A program made the position numbers and the translations under genes. The notes under the pieces were generated by a model. That model had not been told where the DNA came from and did no database searches. It worked only from the letters and a program-made list of their open reading frames with translations. Source: Dendrobates tinctorius (Eukaryota). Taken from it: a stretch of 64,000 bases of DNA. Numbering within the stretch: the first letter of the stretch is position 1; each line of letters starts with the position of its first letter. Below are positions 1 to 10,808 of the stretch, in pieces. Location: NCBI RefSeq assembly GCF_039654945.1, contig NW_027361825.1, positions 34,348,001 through 34,412,000 of the forward strand, read 5' to 3'.

Positions 1-757
1 TGATATAAATGGTTGGTTTCTTGGACCCGATGATCATGGTTCTTCGTAGCACCTCCATACAGTCCTAGATTTGCTGAGCCATCATCAGCTGTGGAAGAAA
101 AGGCATCCTCTAAACATGGAGGAAGGCTTGAGATGGCCTAAAATAGAGAGTCTATAGAGAACCCAGTCTATGGGCCACAAGGTCCTCAACGTGGCCACAA
201 GACGTGATCATCAGTGGTGCTTCTGGTGGTTTCCGGATCATTGAAAAGTACCCATAGCAAAAAATGGCTACGTTCCCACGGTTCATCTCCACAGCAGAGC
301 AGACCACAGATTTAAGAACACAGAAAAGTGTGAAATGTGTGGTGTCACCGCAGATATCACTGCAGCATCTCTTCTGTGCAAGGTCTGAAAATCTGCTGGG
401 TTTTTGCTATGTGGGAACTTACCCTATGGGGGCACTGACACTGGCCGATTATTGGAAAGCGATAATTAAGTCAATGTGAGTGCCGACTTGTGAATCCTTG
501 CGTTGCTCACACTGCACTCTTTAAGGATTCTCCGGTGTCAGGGCGTTCGCATGGCCGCAAGTATGTGATTTGCATACAATCGGTCACTTGCAAACTAGAC
601 GTGCATTGCCTCTCTCAATGTCAGTGTATTCAGTGAGGCTGGATAAGTATAGTCGGAATGTGGCCGGAAGTATGCAAATCACATGTTTGTGGTCATATGT
701 GCAGTGCACGCGATGTGAGAATTCACAAGTCTGCAGTCACGCAGACTTGTAGCCTAA

Positions 758-933
758 GGTCGGGATCACACTTGCGAGAAACTCACACGAGTCTCGCATC
801 TCAATACCCAGCACTGCCGCCGGCACACGGGAGCGGAGTCTGCGGCTGCATGTATTTCTATGCAGCTGAGTGCTTCGGTCCGAGTGTTGAGACGCGAGAC
901 TCGTGCGAGTTTCACGCAAGTGTGACCCCGGCC
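758..933. mobile_element. PIF/Harbinger-type MITE
   Basis: TIRs GGTCGGGATCACAC / GTGTGACCCCGGCC, near-palindromic body, 3-bp TAA TSD (755-757, 934-936); termini resemble the Harbinger at 9000-21125 and the MITE at 17689. Confidence 0.85.
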
Positions 934-1783
934 TAAGGCTGGACAACCCCTTTAATGAATCATAGCAGATTTATGTAATATTCAAGCATCAGAGATGGCA
1001 ATAATCAACCTGTGCTGACGCCACGTATGACAACTCACTCTTCTTTCTTTCCTGTGGCTGCAAATGTTTTCACCAGTAGACATCTTGAATTTCCATACAA
1101 TTGGCTATTCATTAGTAGGTCAGAAAGATTACTTTCAGAAATGTTGACAAAGTCAGCACCCTGGACATCCACAGAGTTTACATCCAGCCTATATTACAGA
1201 GAGGGACACTCCCACTAGAGAAAATATGTGTATTCATACATAGGACGTCTATATGAGAGACAGTACTTGAACGTCTACAATGTGTGCCTCTTTTGGGTTC
1301 CATCTGTCGCCTGACATCTTCTGAAGGCCATCATACACATAAGACGGTTGGCCGAACCCTCCGATATTTGAGGGTTCGGATGACATTAATGAGGTATGAT
1401 GGCTGATTGTTGAGCTACTGGAGATAAAGGGGTCCCTCTGTTTTCTTTGTACGCCTTTAAGAGATTGGGGAGACTGTGGAAAAAGATACTCAAAAGCCAT
1501 TTATGACTTGAACCAACTTCTGGGGTCACATAGATTTTTTCCATCTCAAGAAATTATCACTTCTGTCTATAGTCAGGGAAACAAAAAACTTACCAAGGTA
1601 TATATTAGAAAGGAACTTTATGGCTGAATGGATAAGTTGCATATGAGTTTATTATGACATCACTCGTATAGCCATTCATTATACATTGCGGTGTGCTAGC
1701 TGACTGGAAGCCATAGGAGTTACACATCTTGTTGCTCTATGGAGCCGAGCGCCACAGCTGGATAGCACATGAGGCTGGAGCAG

Positions 1784-1807
1784 TCAGTGACACATGAAAT
1801 CCCATTG
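1784..1807 (-). CDS. MIA: MIA (melanoma inhibitory activity / CD-RAP) coding exon 4 (last)
   Basis: ttttcAG acceptor then QWDFMCH*, matching the MIA C-terminus KWDFYCQ*; phase consistent with exon 3. Confidence 0.9.
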   Translation of the reverse strand, partial: QWDFMCH

Positions 1808-2382
1808 CTGAAAAGGAAGAAACTGAATAATGAAAAAGACAGTTAAAAAAATCTTCTTGTATCGAACTCACTGACAGATTCTTAGTTGACTCATTCTGCA
1901 TTGAGCAATAGACAGTCCAACACAGAGGCAAATGCTGCAACATAATAAAGTGCATGTACCCTATAAAGGAAGTGTCCACCTTTGGGGATTTTTTTAAAAA
2001 TTTTACTTTAATGTGTGGGGCTAAAAATAATTTTTGCAATTGGGTTTTATTTAAAAAAAAAGTGTGCAACCTTTGCCTTTTGTAGTCTCTGTGTGGCACA
2101 GTTTATTGATGGCTGCTAAATGAGTCAACTGAGAATCCGTCAGCGAGTTCGTTATGACGGGAAGTTGTATTTTTTTCTGTTTTTTTTTTTTAATCTGTAC
2201 TTTGCGGAGCTCCTAAATTATTATTCATGACTGCAGACCACATCAAAGTTGAGTGAACAGGGAAACAAAAAGCCTGTGAAAACTAAATGGTACAAAATGT
2301 TTACTGAAACCCAATTTAAAAAAAAAAGATTTCTAGACCAAATTTAATTTTTAAAAAAGTCCCCAAAGTTTAACTGCTCTAA

Positions 2383-2735
2383 GGGTGTGTGCACACGCTG
2401 CGTATTCTGCTGCAGATCCGCAGCAGATTTGGCCCTGCGGATCCGCAGCTTTTTTTGCTGCGGTGTACAGTACCTTTATATTCTATGGAAAACAAAAACT
2501 GCAGTGCACACGGTGCGGATTTTTCCGCACGGATTTGCTGCGGTTTCAAAACTGCAGCATGTAACTTCTTTGTGTGGAATCCGCAGCGGTTTCACATCTT
2601 CTCCATTGTAGAGGTCTCAAACCACAGGGGAAAACAGCAGGCTAATCCACAGGTAAACTGCAGGTCTTTTGACCTGCGGACTTACCTGTGGATTTTGCAA
2701 AATCCGTGCTGAAAAATCCACGTGTGCACACACCC
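2383..2735. mobile_element. Harbinger-type MITE in MIA intron 3
   Basis: TIRs GGGTGTGTGCACACG / CGTGTGCACACACCC with TAA TSD on both sides. Confidence 0.85.
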
Positions 2736-2947
2736 TAAGGGAGACTTCTCATATCAGACATTTGAGTTTTGATAGGAGTAAAGGCAGAAAGATGTGCAGC
2801 CTCCTCCCACTGCCACTAGGGGCCATCATAGAGGCTGATTATTATTGGGGCAACCAAGCTGATTCCTGGCTAACGAACCAACATGGCGTCTGAGAAACCA
2901 CAGACTACTATGATTAGGATATTTTCTGACAATACTGCTGCACTTAC

Positions 2948-3058
2948 GTCTGTTTTGACCTCCACTTTTCCGGGCATTAAATAATGTTCTTCTTGAACGA
3001 TAGAACTTGGGAAGTAGCCCAACTTCGCCGTGTACTCGCCATATTCATCTCCTTGCAC
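2948..3058 (-). CDS. MIA: MIA coding exon 3
   Basis: VQGDEYGEYTAKLGYFPSSIVQEEHYLMPGKVEVKTD vs human VQGDYYGDLAARLGYFPSSIVREDQTLKPGKVDVKTD; 111 nt, AG/GTAAGT. Confidence 0.96.
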
Positions 3059-3130
3059 CTATTAACAGAGCGCAGCACGTCATACATTACTGGTAATGAC
3101 ACCGAGAGTCATCTCTGCATTCGTACTTAC

Positions 3131-3264
3131 ACTTCCGAGCCAGAACAGCCGCCCCCGGCCCTTTAACTTGGAGAATATATACAAAGTTTGTCCGCGCCTG
3201 ATGGGGATGAAGCGGCAATCAGGGGGGGTGTAGTCCGAGAGCGCCACCGCCATCGAGATGGGAT
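3131..3264 (-). CDS. MIA: MIA coding exon 2 (SH3-like domain)
   Basis: (H)PISMAVALSDYTPPDCRFIPIRRGQTLYIFSKLKGRGRLFWLGS; 134 nt, AG/GTAAGT. Confidence 0.96.
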
Positions 3265-4339
3265 CTGTCCAGAGGAAAAACGTGTAAACCCGTGTCCTAG
3301 TGTGATAGATAGAGGGTCACCCTAGAAGGACGTCAGCGAGCAATATCAGTGCTGCTAGCTCCCCCTGGCAGTGGACGCCCGCAGCATTGTTCTGCCGTGC
3401 CACCTGTCTCAGATTGATGCCCCGACACCCACATGTCACTATATCATCACATCATACAATGTACCGCTTTAGTGTTGTGCCCCCTTCTAATCTCCTGCGG
3501 TGCAGTGAGCCCCCTGAATAGCGCAGGGCTTCAGATCGCTGCACAGTGGGCATCAGGCCTCCGTTGTCCTAGGGGAAAAAGGTGAAAGGGGATGCAATGG
3601 ACTTCTACTAGTCAGAACATAAGGCACATCCAAGAACAGGAAAACCCCTTTATCCAGAACATACGGACTATAATATAAACCCTATAAACAATAGGGCGGC
3701 ATAAACAAGTGTAAAAATACTCATTTTATTTAGATTACACTGGAATTCGAAATGGCGGTTCTTCAACCTTCATTAGGTATCCTAACACATAGAGTAAGTT
3801 TTCTGACGATCTGTCTTCAGGAGCATACTGCTCCCCCTGCCTCACTGCCTGCTGGGGAGAGCGCTGTGCTCCTGATAACTGACAGTTTACTCACCACCAC
3901 TGTCCTGACCACATCGCCAGTGTGCCCCCTTCATTTCTCCTGGCCACTCATCTGTGTGTCAGTCTTTATTGGATTTGCATTTTGTTCATGAACCAGGAGG
4001 CTGAACAGTGATTTATAGTCCTTTTTTGATCCTCTGCGCCTCTTCATTACCCCTTCCCCATCAGTTGCATACTCCTCTAGTCCTTCACACCTCTTCATTT
4101 CCCCTCCCACTGTTGGTTGCATCCTCTTCTGGTCCTCCGCGCCTTTTCATTGCTTCTTCCCCCATCAGTTGCATCCTCTTCCAGTCCTTTGCGCCTCCTC
4201 ATTTCCTCTTACAGATCTTTGCGCCTCTTCATTTCCCCTTCCCTCGTCAGTAACATCTTCTTTTGGTCCTCAGCACCTCATTTCCCCTTCCCCATCAGTC
4301 TTATCCTCTTCCAGTCCTCCACGCCTCTTCATTTCTCCT

Positions 4340-5575
4340 TCCCTCGACAATCACATCCTCTTCCTGTCCCCTGTGCCTCTTCATTTCCCCTTCCCTCATC
4401 GGTCACATCCTCTTCCTGTCCCCTGCGCCTCTTCATTTCCCCTTCCCTCATCGGTCACATCCTCTTCCTGTCCCCTGCATCTCTTCATTTCCCCTTCCCT
4501 CATCGGTCACATCCTCTTCCTGTCCCCTGTGCCTCTTCATTTCCCCTTCCCTCATCGGTCACATCCTCTTCCTGTCCCCTGCGCCTCTTCATTTCCCCTT
4601 CCCTCATCGGTCACATCCTCTTCCTGTCCCCTGTGCCTCTTCATTTCCCCTTCCCTCATCGGTCACATCCTCTTCCTGTCCCCTGTGCCTCTTCATTTCC
4701 CCTTCCCTCATCAGTCACATCCTCTTCCTGTCCCCTGTGCCTCTTCATTTCCCCTTCCCTCATCGGTCACATCCTCTTCCTGTCCCCTGCGTCTCTTCAT
4801 TTCCCCTTCCCTCATCGGTCACATGCTCTTTCAGTCCTCGGCACCTCTTCATTTCCCCTTCCCTCATCAGTCACATCCTCTTCCTGTCCCCTGTGCCTCT
4901 TCATTTCCCCTTCCCTCATCGGTCACATCCTCTTCCTGTCCCCTGTGCCTCTTCATTTCCCCTTCCCTCATCGGTCACATCCTCTTCCTGTCCCCTGTGC
5001 CTCTTCATTTCCCCTTCCCTCATCAGTCACATCCTCTTCCTGTCCCCTGTGCCTCTCCATTTCCCCTTCCCTCATCGGTCACATCCTCTTCCTGTCCCCT
5101 GCATCTCTTCATTTCCCCTTCCCTCATCGGTCACATCCTCTTCCTGTCCCCTGTGCCTCTTCATTTCCCCTTCTCTCATCGGTCACATCCTCTTCCTGTC
5201 CCCTGCGCCTCTTCATTTCCCCTTCCCTCATCAGTCACATCCTCTTCCTGTCCCCTGTGCCTCTTCATTTCCCCTTCCCTCATCGGTCACATCCTCTTCC
5301 TGTCCCCTGCGTCTCTTCATTTCCCCTTCCCTCATCGGTCACATGCTCTTTCAGTCCTCGGCACCTCTTCATTTTCCCTTCCCTCATCAGTCACATCCTT
5401 TTCCTGTCCCCTGTGCCTCTTCATTTCCCCTTCCCTCATCGGTCACATCCTCTTCCTGTTCTCTGCGTCTCTTCATTTCCCCTTCCCTCATCGGTCACAT
5501 GCTCTTTCAGTCCTCGGCACCTCTTCATTCCCCCTTCCTCCATCAGTCGCATCCTCTTCATTTCCCCTTCCCCAG
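4340..5575. repeat. 52-bp polypyrimidine minisatellite in MIA intron 1
   Basis: unit CTCTTCATTTCCCCTTCCCTCATCGGTCACATCCTCTTCCTGTCCCCTGTGC, period 52 (4381 to 4433); degenerate copies extend back to ~4030. Confidence 0.95.
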
Positions 5576-6310
5576 TCATGAGCATCCTCTTTGGGCTCTT
5601 CCGGACCTGATGTCACTGCACCCTTGTCTTCACTTGTGACATCACAACATGTGAAAGGCCTAGTTGAACTGTAATTCATGACCCAAAGCGATGAGGCCAA
5701 AGAGGATTGAACGGGAAATTAACAACGGGGGAAGGGAAAAAGAAGAGGCACGAGAGCCAGGACGATGGAATGGGTGGACAGTGAGGTATTACCTTTTTTT
5801 TAACCATTTGCTTGACCAATTAGTTAAGCGAAACGATAGCTGCAACCAGCACCAAAAAATCTGTACTCTGGAGAATAAGATTTTTTTGTAATATTCAGGA
5901 ATTCAGTTCCTCTCGAATAAATTCACCTATCTCTAATGTTGACCAATAGGACTGCCACCTCCAATAGGGGGCACTAGACACCATTCTCTTCCTGTAAAGG
6001 GGCTTATTGAATATTTTATCTCCCAGAAAGCATGGCTTGGCCTAGATGTCTCCTTAAGGCGAAACCTGACCAATTAACTCACCCAGCCGACTAATCTCCT
6101 GCTTTGAACATGGGGGAGGTCAAGAGCCCCAAACAGCTGTATACAAGGGGAAATTTCAGTTTGGCTTTATACCCTCAGTCATGTGACAAGGCTTTCTAAA
6201 GGGATGGTATTGAGTTATAAGAATACTACTTCCAATAGGGGGTAGTAGAGGACCCGCTCTCTTCCTCTGTGCAGGTTTCTCCAGTCGTATGATCAGATTT
6301 CAGCAGCTAA

Positions 6311-6797
6311 GGCCTGTTTCACATTTCCGTTGTCGGCGGTCAGCTGAAATCCGCCAAAGGTAAAAAACCAACGGATCCGGCTTCGTTTAGTGACATACGG
6401 ATGTCAGTGGACCACTTTTTAGGACGGATCCGCGGAAGATGCAAAGTGCTGAAATTTAAAGCGACCGCGGGGGAGAGAGAGATTTTGCCGCTTCCAGGAC
6501 GGTATTTCAGGGTTAAAATGTTTCCCGGAGCAAAGCATCTGGGCATGCGCACTTAAACATAGCGGACAGTCAATGGAAAAAAAACATTGTAGCGTCCGTC
6601 TGGTCCGCCCGGGAACCGCTAAAATTTTCACGGATCCGTCAAAAAACGGATCCAACAGACGACCGTCAGTCAACATCTGCCACTAATGCAAGTCTATGGG
6701 GGAAAAAAGCGGATCCGCCAAAAAAGGGGTGGATCCGTTTTTTTCACAAACTGGCGGATTTTGACTGACGTCAAAAAACGGAAATGTGAAAAAGGCC
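6311..6797. mobile_element. Harbinger-type MITE
   Basis: TIRs GGCCTGTTTCACATTT / AAATGTGAAAAAGGCC, TAA TSD; same family as 42154-42569. Confidence 0.85.
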
Positions 6798-7104
6798 TAA
6801 GTAGCCAAAGTTGGGAGAAGACTTCTCTAAAGTAACATTTGGCACGACGCAGGATGTCACACAGAAATAAAAACCGAGAACAAGTCACCACTTATGACGT
6901 GTGTTTTAGGAAATCCTTAAAGAACATAATCATTGTACCATTCTTCTATTACTCCTCCTGGCAATTTGTGAAGGAATTGAATAATAGTCATTTCCCTTTA
7001 ATGTTATCATCGTCTATTGACCATGATTTGGCCAAAATGAATGAGCTGTGCCCTTTTAGTCCAGATTTTCATCCCCAGATATAATAGTCATCATTTATAC
7101 TTAC

Positions 7105-7222
7105 GACTACATTCTTCATCCGCACAAAGCTTCCTGTCTGCAAGTTTGGGCATCCTCCGGTCTCCACCAACCAGCCCGAGGAAAACGCAGAAGAAAATGA
7201 TCCCCAGCAGTGACCGGTCCAT
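7105..7222 (-). CDS. MIA: MIA coding exon 1 (signal peptide and mature N-terminus)
   Basis: MDRSLLGIIFFCVFLGLVGGDRRMPKLADRKLCADEECS, hydrophobic leader plus the MPKLADRKLCAD motif; GTAAGT donor, phase 1 matches exon 2. Confidence 0.95.
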
Positions 7223-7708
7223 GACTGCGGTGCGCTGATGACTCCAGACACTGACCACCAGCAGCTCGGCAGCAGGACTATCAGCCAGAGCTCAGGAACC
7301 TGTTTCACGTCACCTCCCCACCTCTTTTTTTCCATTTCAACTGCTAAGAGTTGGTGGGGGCATTTCTTACGGCAAAATCCTATTTTCCGGAAAAAAAATA
7401 AAGTTTTTAAAGGACCATTACCCATAAAATTTTATATATGGGATAGAAAAATTGCATTTGTCATGCGACTGTACCCTGGTAGTGATATAAAATGAGGCCT
7501 ATCCTAAGAATTAGTGACCTCAAGGTCAAACCCTCACAGATCAGTGTTTTATGACTTACCGTACATGTACAATATTAGGAGAATTGGGTCTAAATACAGG
7601 GTGTTAAAATTGCGGTGTCCTATGTGTTGCTTTATATTCACTGATTTATATTGCTGTTGGCACTGTAGCGATAAACTTCTCAGCGAGCAGATGTCTGGAA
7701 CAAACGCT

Positions 7709-7893
7709 ACAGGATAGCCTTTAAAAAACAATTCTAAAGCTCCAAACATTTCCTCCCAGTGTTTCGCTGCTGTGCATTGTCTTCAAGGGAATTGGACATA
7801 ATGTAGATGACTCAATACCCCTGAAGATGCTGCATAGCAGCGAAACATTTTGGAAAGCAGTGTTTGGAGACAGTTTTAATAGGCTGTCCTGTG
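7709..7893. mobile_element. Degenerate fold-back with two back-to-back hammerhead-like cores (probable PLE remnant)
   Basis: imperfect inverted arms (ACAGGATAGCC..CTCCAAACA vs TGTTTGGAG..GGCTGTCCTGT); plus-strand CTGAAGA-T-GCTGC-ATA-GCAGC-GAAAC at 7821-7846 and a decayed minus-strand copy at 7761-7789. Confidence 0.55.
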
Positions 7894-8529
7894 TTTACTA
7901 TATTTTACACCAGACGGTAAATTAATGTGCAAACCTATGGCGGCCCATGCGTAGACTCAAATTCTTGGTATATGCCTCCAAATAAATCAGGCGCTTTTTT
8001 TTTTATATCACTGCGTTTTTGTTTTATGCCATTAAAGTCTTAAAGTGCCACTAGTCTTAATGAATCAGTTTCTAAGATAGAACTTGTTATTACACAGCCA
8101 GCTGAATCTTGCTACCGAAATCACAGGTATCATAAATCAGAGCCCGGTTCCATAATTTCAGACATATTATGCCCTGAACCGCTGCAGCTATAGAGGTGCA
8201 CAATGCAGGAGACGATCTACGATTAGTGCTGCTCAAACATCAGGTTACCTTTAATAAAATATTATGTACCACTTGACAATCCCTTTATAAGAGGGTTGTA
8301 TGGAATACAAATAATTCTAGTGATTAGAGCTGAGCTGCAATACCAGATACAACCTATGGAAAAGAGAGGTGCTGTTTCTACAGGAAAGCAGCCATGCTTG
8401 TTCATAGTGCATACACTCCCTTAATAATTATACAATTTGTTTTTTTCATAGTGAGCAGACTACTCTTCTTGGTCTTTTTGCACCATCACATTTTTCTCTC
8501 TCCGGCAAATTGGGTCCATCACTTTACAC

Positions 8530-8850
8530 CAGGGGTGGGGAACCTCAGGCCCCAGTGCCATTTACGGCCCTCGATGACCTTTTATCAGGCCCCCGAGCAG
8601 ATTCTCAGGGACCGCATTCTTGGGCAGGGAGCTGTATTTTGATTGCCACAAGCTCATTAATTTCTTCTTGCTCTGTGATCACATACACGCAGTGTTCACT
8701 ACTGAACACTGAAGGGCATGAAGTGAAAGATTAAGTCATGAAACCAGTGCCAGAGTCAGGATGTAATTTGTGGGCGGAGTTTGTACGGCCCCCGAAGGAT
8801 GGTATAAATATCCAAATGGCCCTTTGCAGAAAAAAGATTCCCCACCCCTG
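8530..8850. mobile_element. hAT-type non-autonomous element
   Basis: TIRs CAGGGGTGGGGAA / TTCCCCACCCCTG; degenerate 8-bp flanks CTTTACAC / TTCTACAT. Confidence 0.7.
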
Positions 8851-10026
8851 TTCTACATGGTTCATACTGACAAATAGTGTAAGAAAAGAAACAATCCTCC
8901 GGCCGACTAGCTGATAATCCCAAATTGTCACAATGACTCAGCTTCATCCTGAGATGAAAACGAGAGGGGTAAGACGCAGAGGGGGGATCGTAAGAATGAG
9001 GCCGGGGTCACACTAACCGACGCAAAATACGGTCCATAGTTTACAGGCGTAATACGGATGAATGACCCCTAAACAGTGCTCCGTATGTCATCCGTAAGCA
9101 AGGTGCGGTTGCGTATTTTGCGCATGTGAACATCCGTATGTAATCCGTATGGCATCCGTATGGTGAGATTTTCTCGCAGCCTTGCAAAATGGACATTTAA
9201 CGGTTTTGAGGCCTGCTAACTATTTAAATCAATACAACAGGATAGCCCAATACTTTATACAAAACAAATGGCAATGGCCTCAGGTAAGGGCCTGCCATAA
9301 TCATAGATGGTTCTACTCCATAGATATCTATAAAAACCAAGAGAAACGGAGTACTCGAATCCAGAGTTGTGTATAAAAATATCAAATTTTATTAACACCA
9401 AAAATACAGGGAAAAAAAGCGTACAATAATCATAGCATAATTGCATATAAAATATGACACCAAAAACCAAGAAAAGGGATATGTGGGGGTCACACATTGA
9501 GCACCATCACGTTAAGCCCACCCATATAAATAAGCCCTAAAATTAGTACATACAGAGTGACACTGCCTATATGGGAGAACATATAATGGTTAAAGCCATA
9601 GTGGATATCAAAAAATGGCAGGGGCAAACTGCACATAGCGGAAAGAAAAATGGGTGGTCATGGTCCAAGAGCCACCAGCAGTGCCATGGTAATAAACAGT
9701 ACAATAGCAATGGGAATATTTGCCTAAGAAAGCTCAAGTGCCCCAGGTTGTGAAAAAATATCCATATAGGAGTCACAACTAGGGCGCCACCGCACTAAGC
9801 CCACCTACAGTGGGTGAGCCCTTACAAAGTGCGGGCAAAAAACTGCTGCCTATGTATAAAAATAAGTATATCATAACCGGAATAAATATCACATGGCAGG
9901 AGTAAGTAGAGCATAACAAATAAGCAGTCACGGTCCCAAAAACGCTAACAATGCCATGGTCACAAGGAGTGGTCTGGCGTTAAGGACACTTACCTAATGG
10001 TGCTCAAGTGCCCCAGGCTGTGAAAA

Positions 10027-10077
10027 CATCTCCGACGCGTGTTTCGCGCTTACAGATAGCGCTTTCTCAAGGAGATA
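10027..10077 (-). ncRNA. Minimal type I hammerhead ribozyme, 3' pLTR copy
   Basis: AUCUCC-UUGAGAA-A-GCGCU(AUCUGUA)AGCGC-GAAA-C-ACGC-GUC-GGAGAU; U3/A8 core variant; one change in the stem III palindrome. Confidence 0.8.
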
Positions 10078-10808
10078 TAGCCATTACTGGCACAGGACCT
10101 TTTGTATCCCTAGTAACGGTCACATGTCCGCTCATGTGACTTGAATGAGCCAATCACTAATGGCCACAACGGCGCATGCGTCGTGACATCAACCAAGCCT
10201 CCAACATGGAGACCAGCGTCCAGCAATAGGCGTACGCACCGGGACCAGAGTCCACAGCGCCCACACCACATGCATGTAGGGCGCAGCCCCCATGGGGAGG
10301 TGTATGGAGGACACATACCGCATGCGCACGGCCACAGGATACTAACAGGAGCGGACTGTGATCCATAGAAAAATGTATATGTTAACCAAATCAATTCAAA
10401 AAGCAACATGAATATAAATATGGCACCAAATACCTATATCCTTAAAAGACATGAACAACCCATTAATTCTTTATCCTTCCACAGTATCTTCCATCTTCAT
10501 TAATCATCATTTTAATCAAATAAATAAAAAGAAAAGAAAAAAGAAAAAAACACAAATAAAGAGGAATATATATGAGATACAAGAAAAAATGGAGAGTCCG
10601 GATATGATGTCCAATCAGCATGTAGCCGATGGTAACTTTAAGGTTGGAGTCATAAGAAGAAGACGATGATGAGTCCATGTATCCAGAACAGCGAACAACA
10701 ACAAAAACTAAAATGTAAGGAAAAAACATAAAATGATTAAAAACAGATAAAACACAGACATGAGGAGTGAACAACAGTGGTGGGCGTGGCCCAATTAAAG
10801 ATTAACAA

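Noticed and set aside
4117-5639. 450-500-aa ORFs in three plus-strand frames
   Set aside because: Artefact of a stop-free 52-bp repeat, antisense within a MIA intron.
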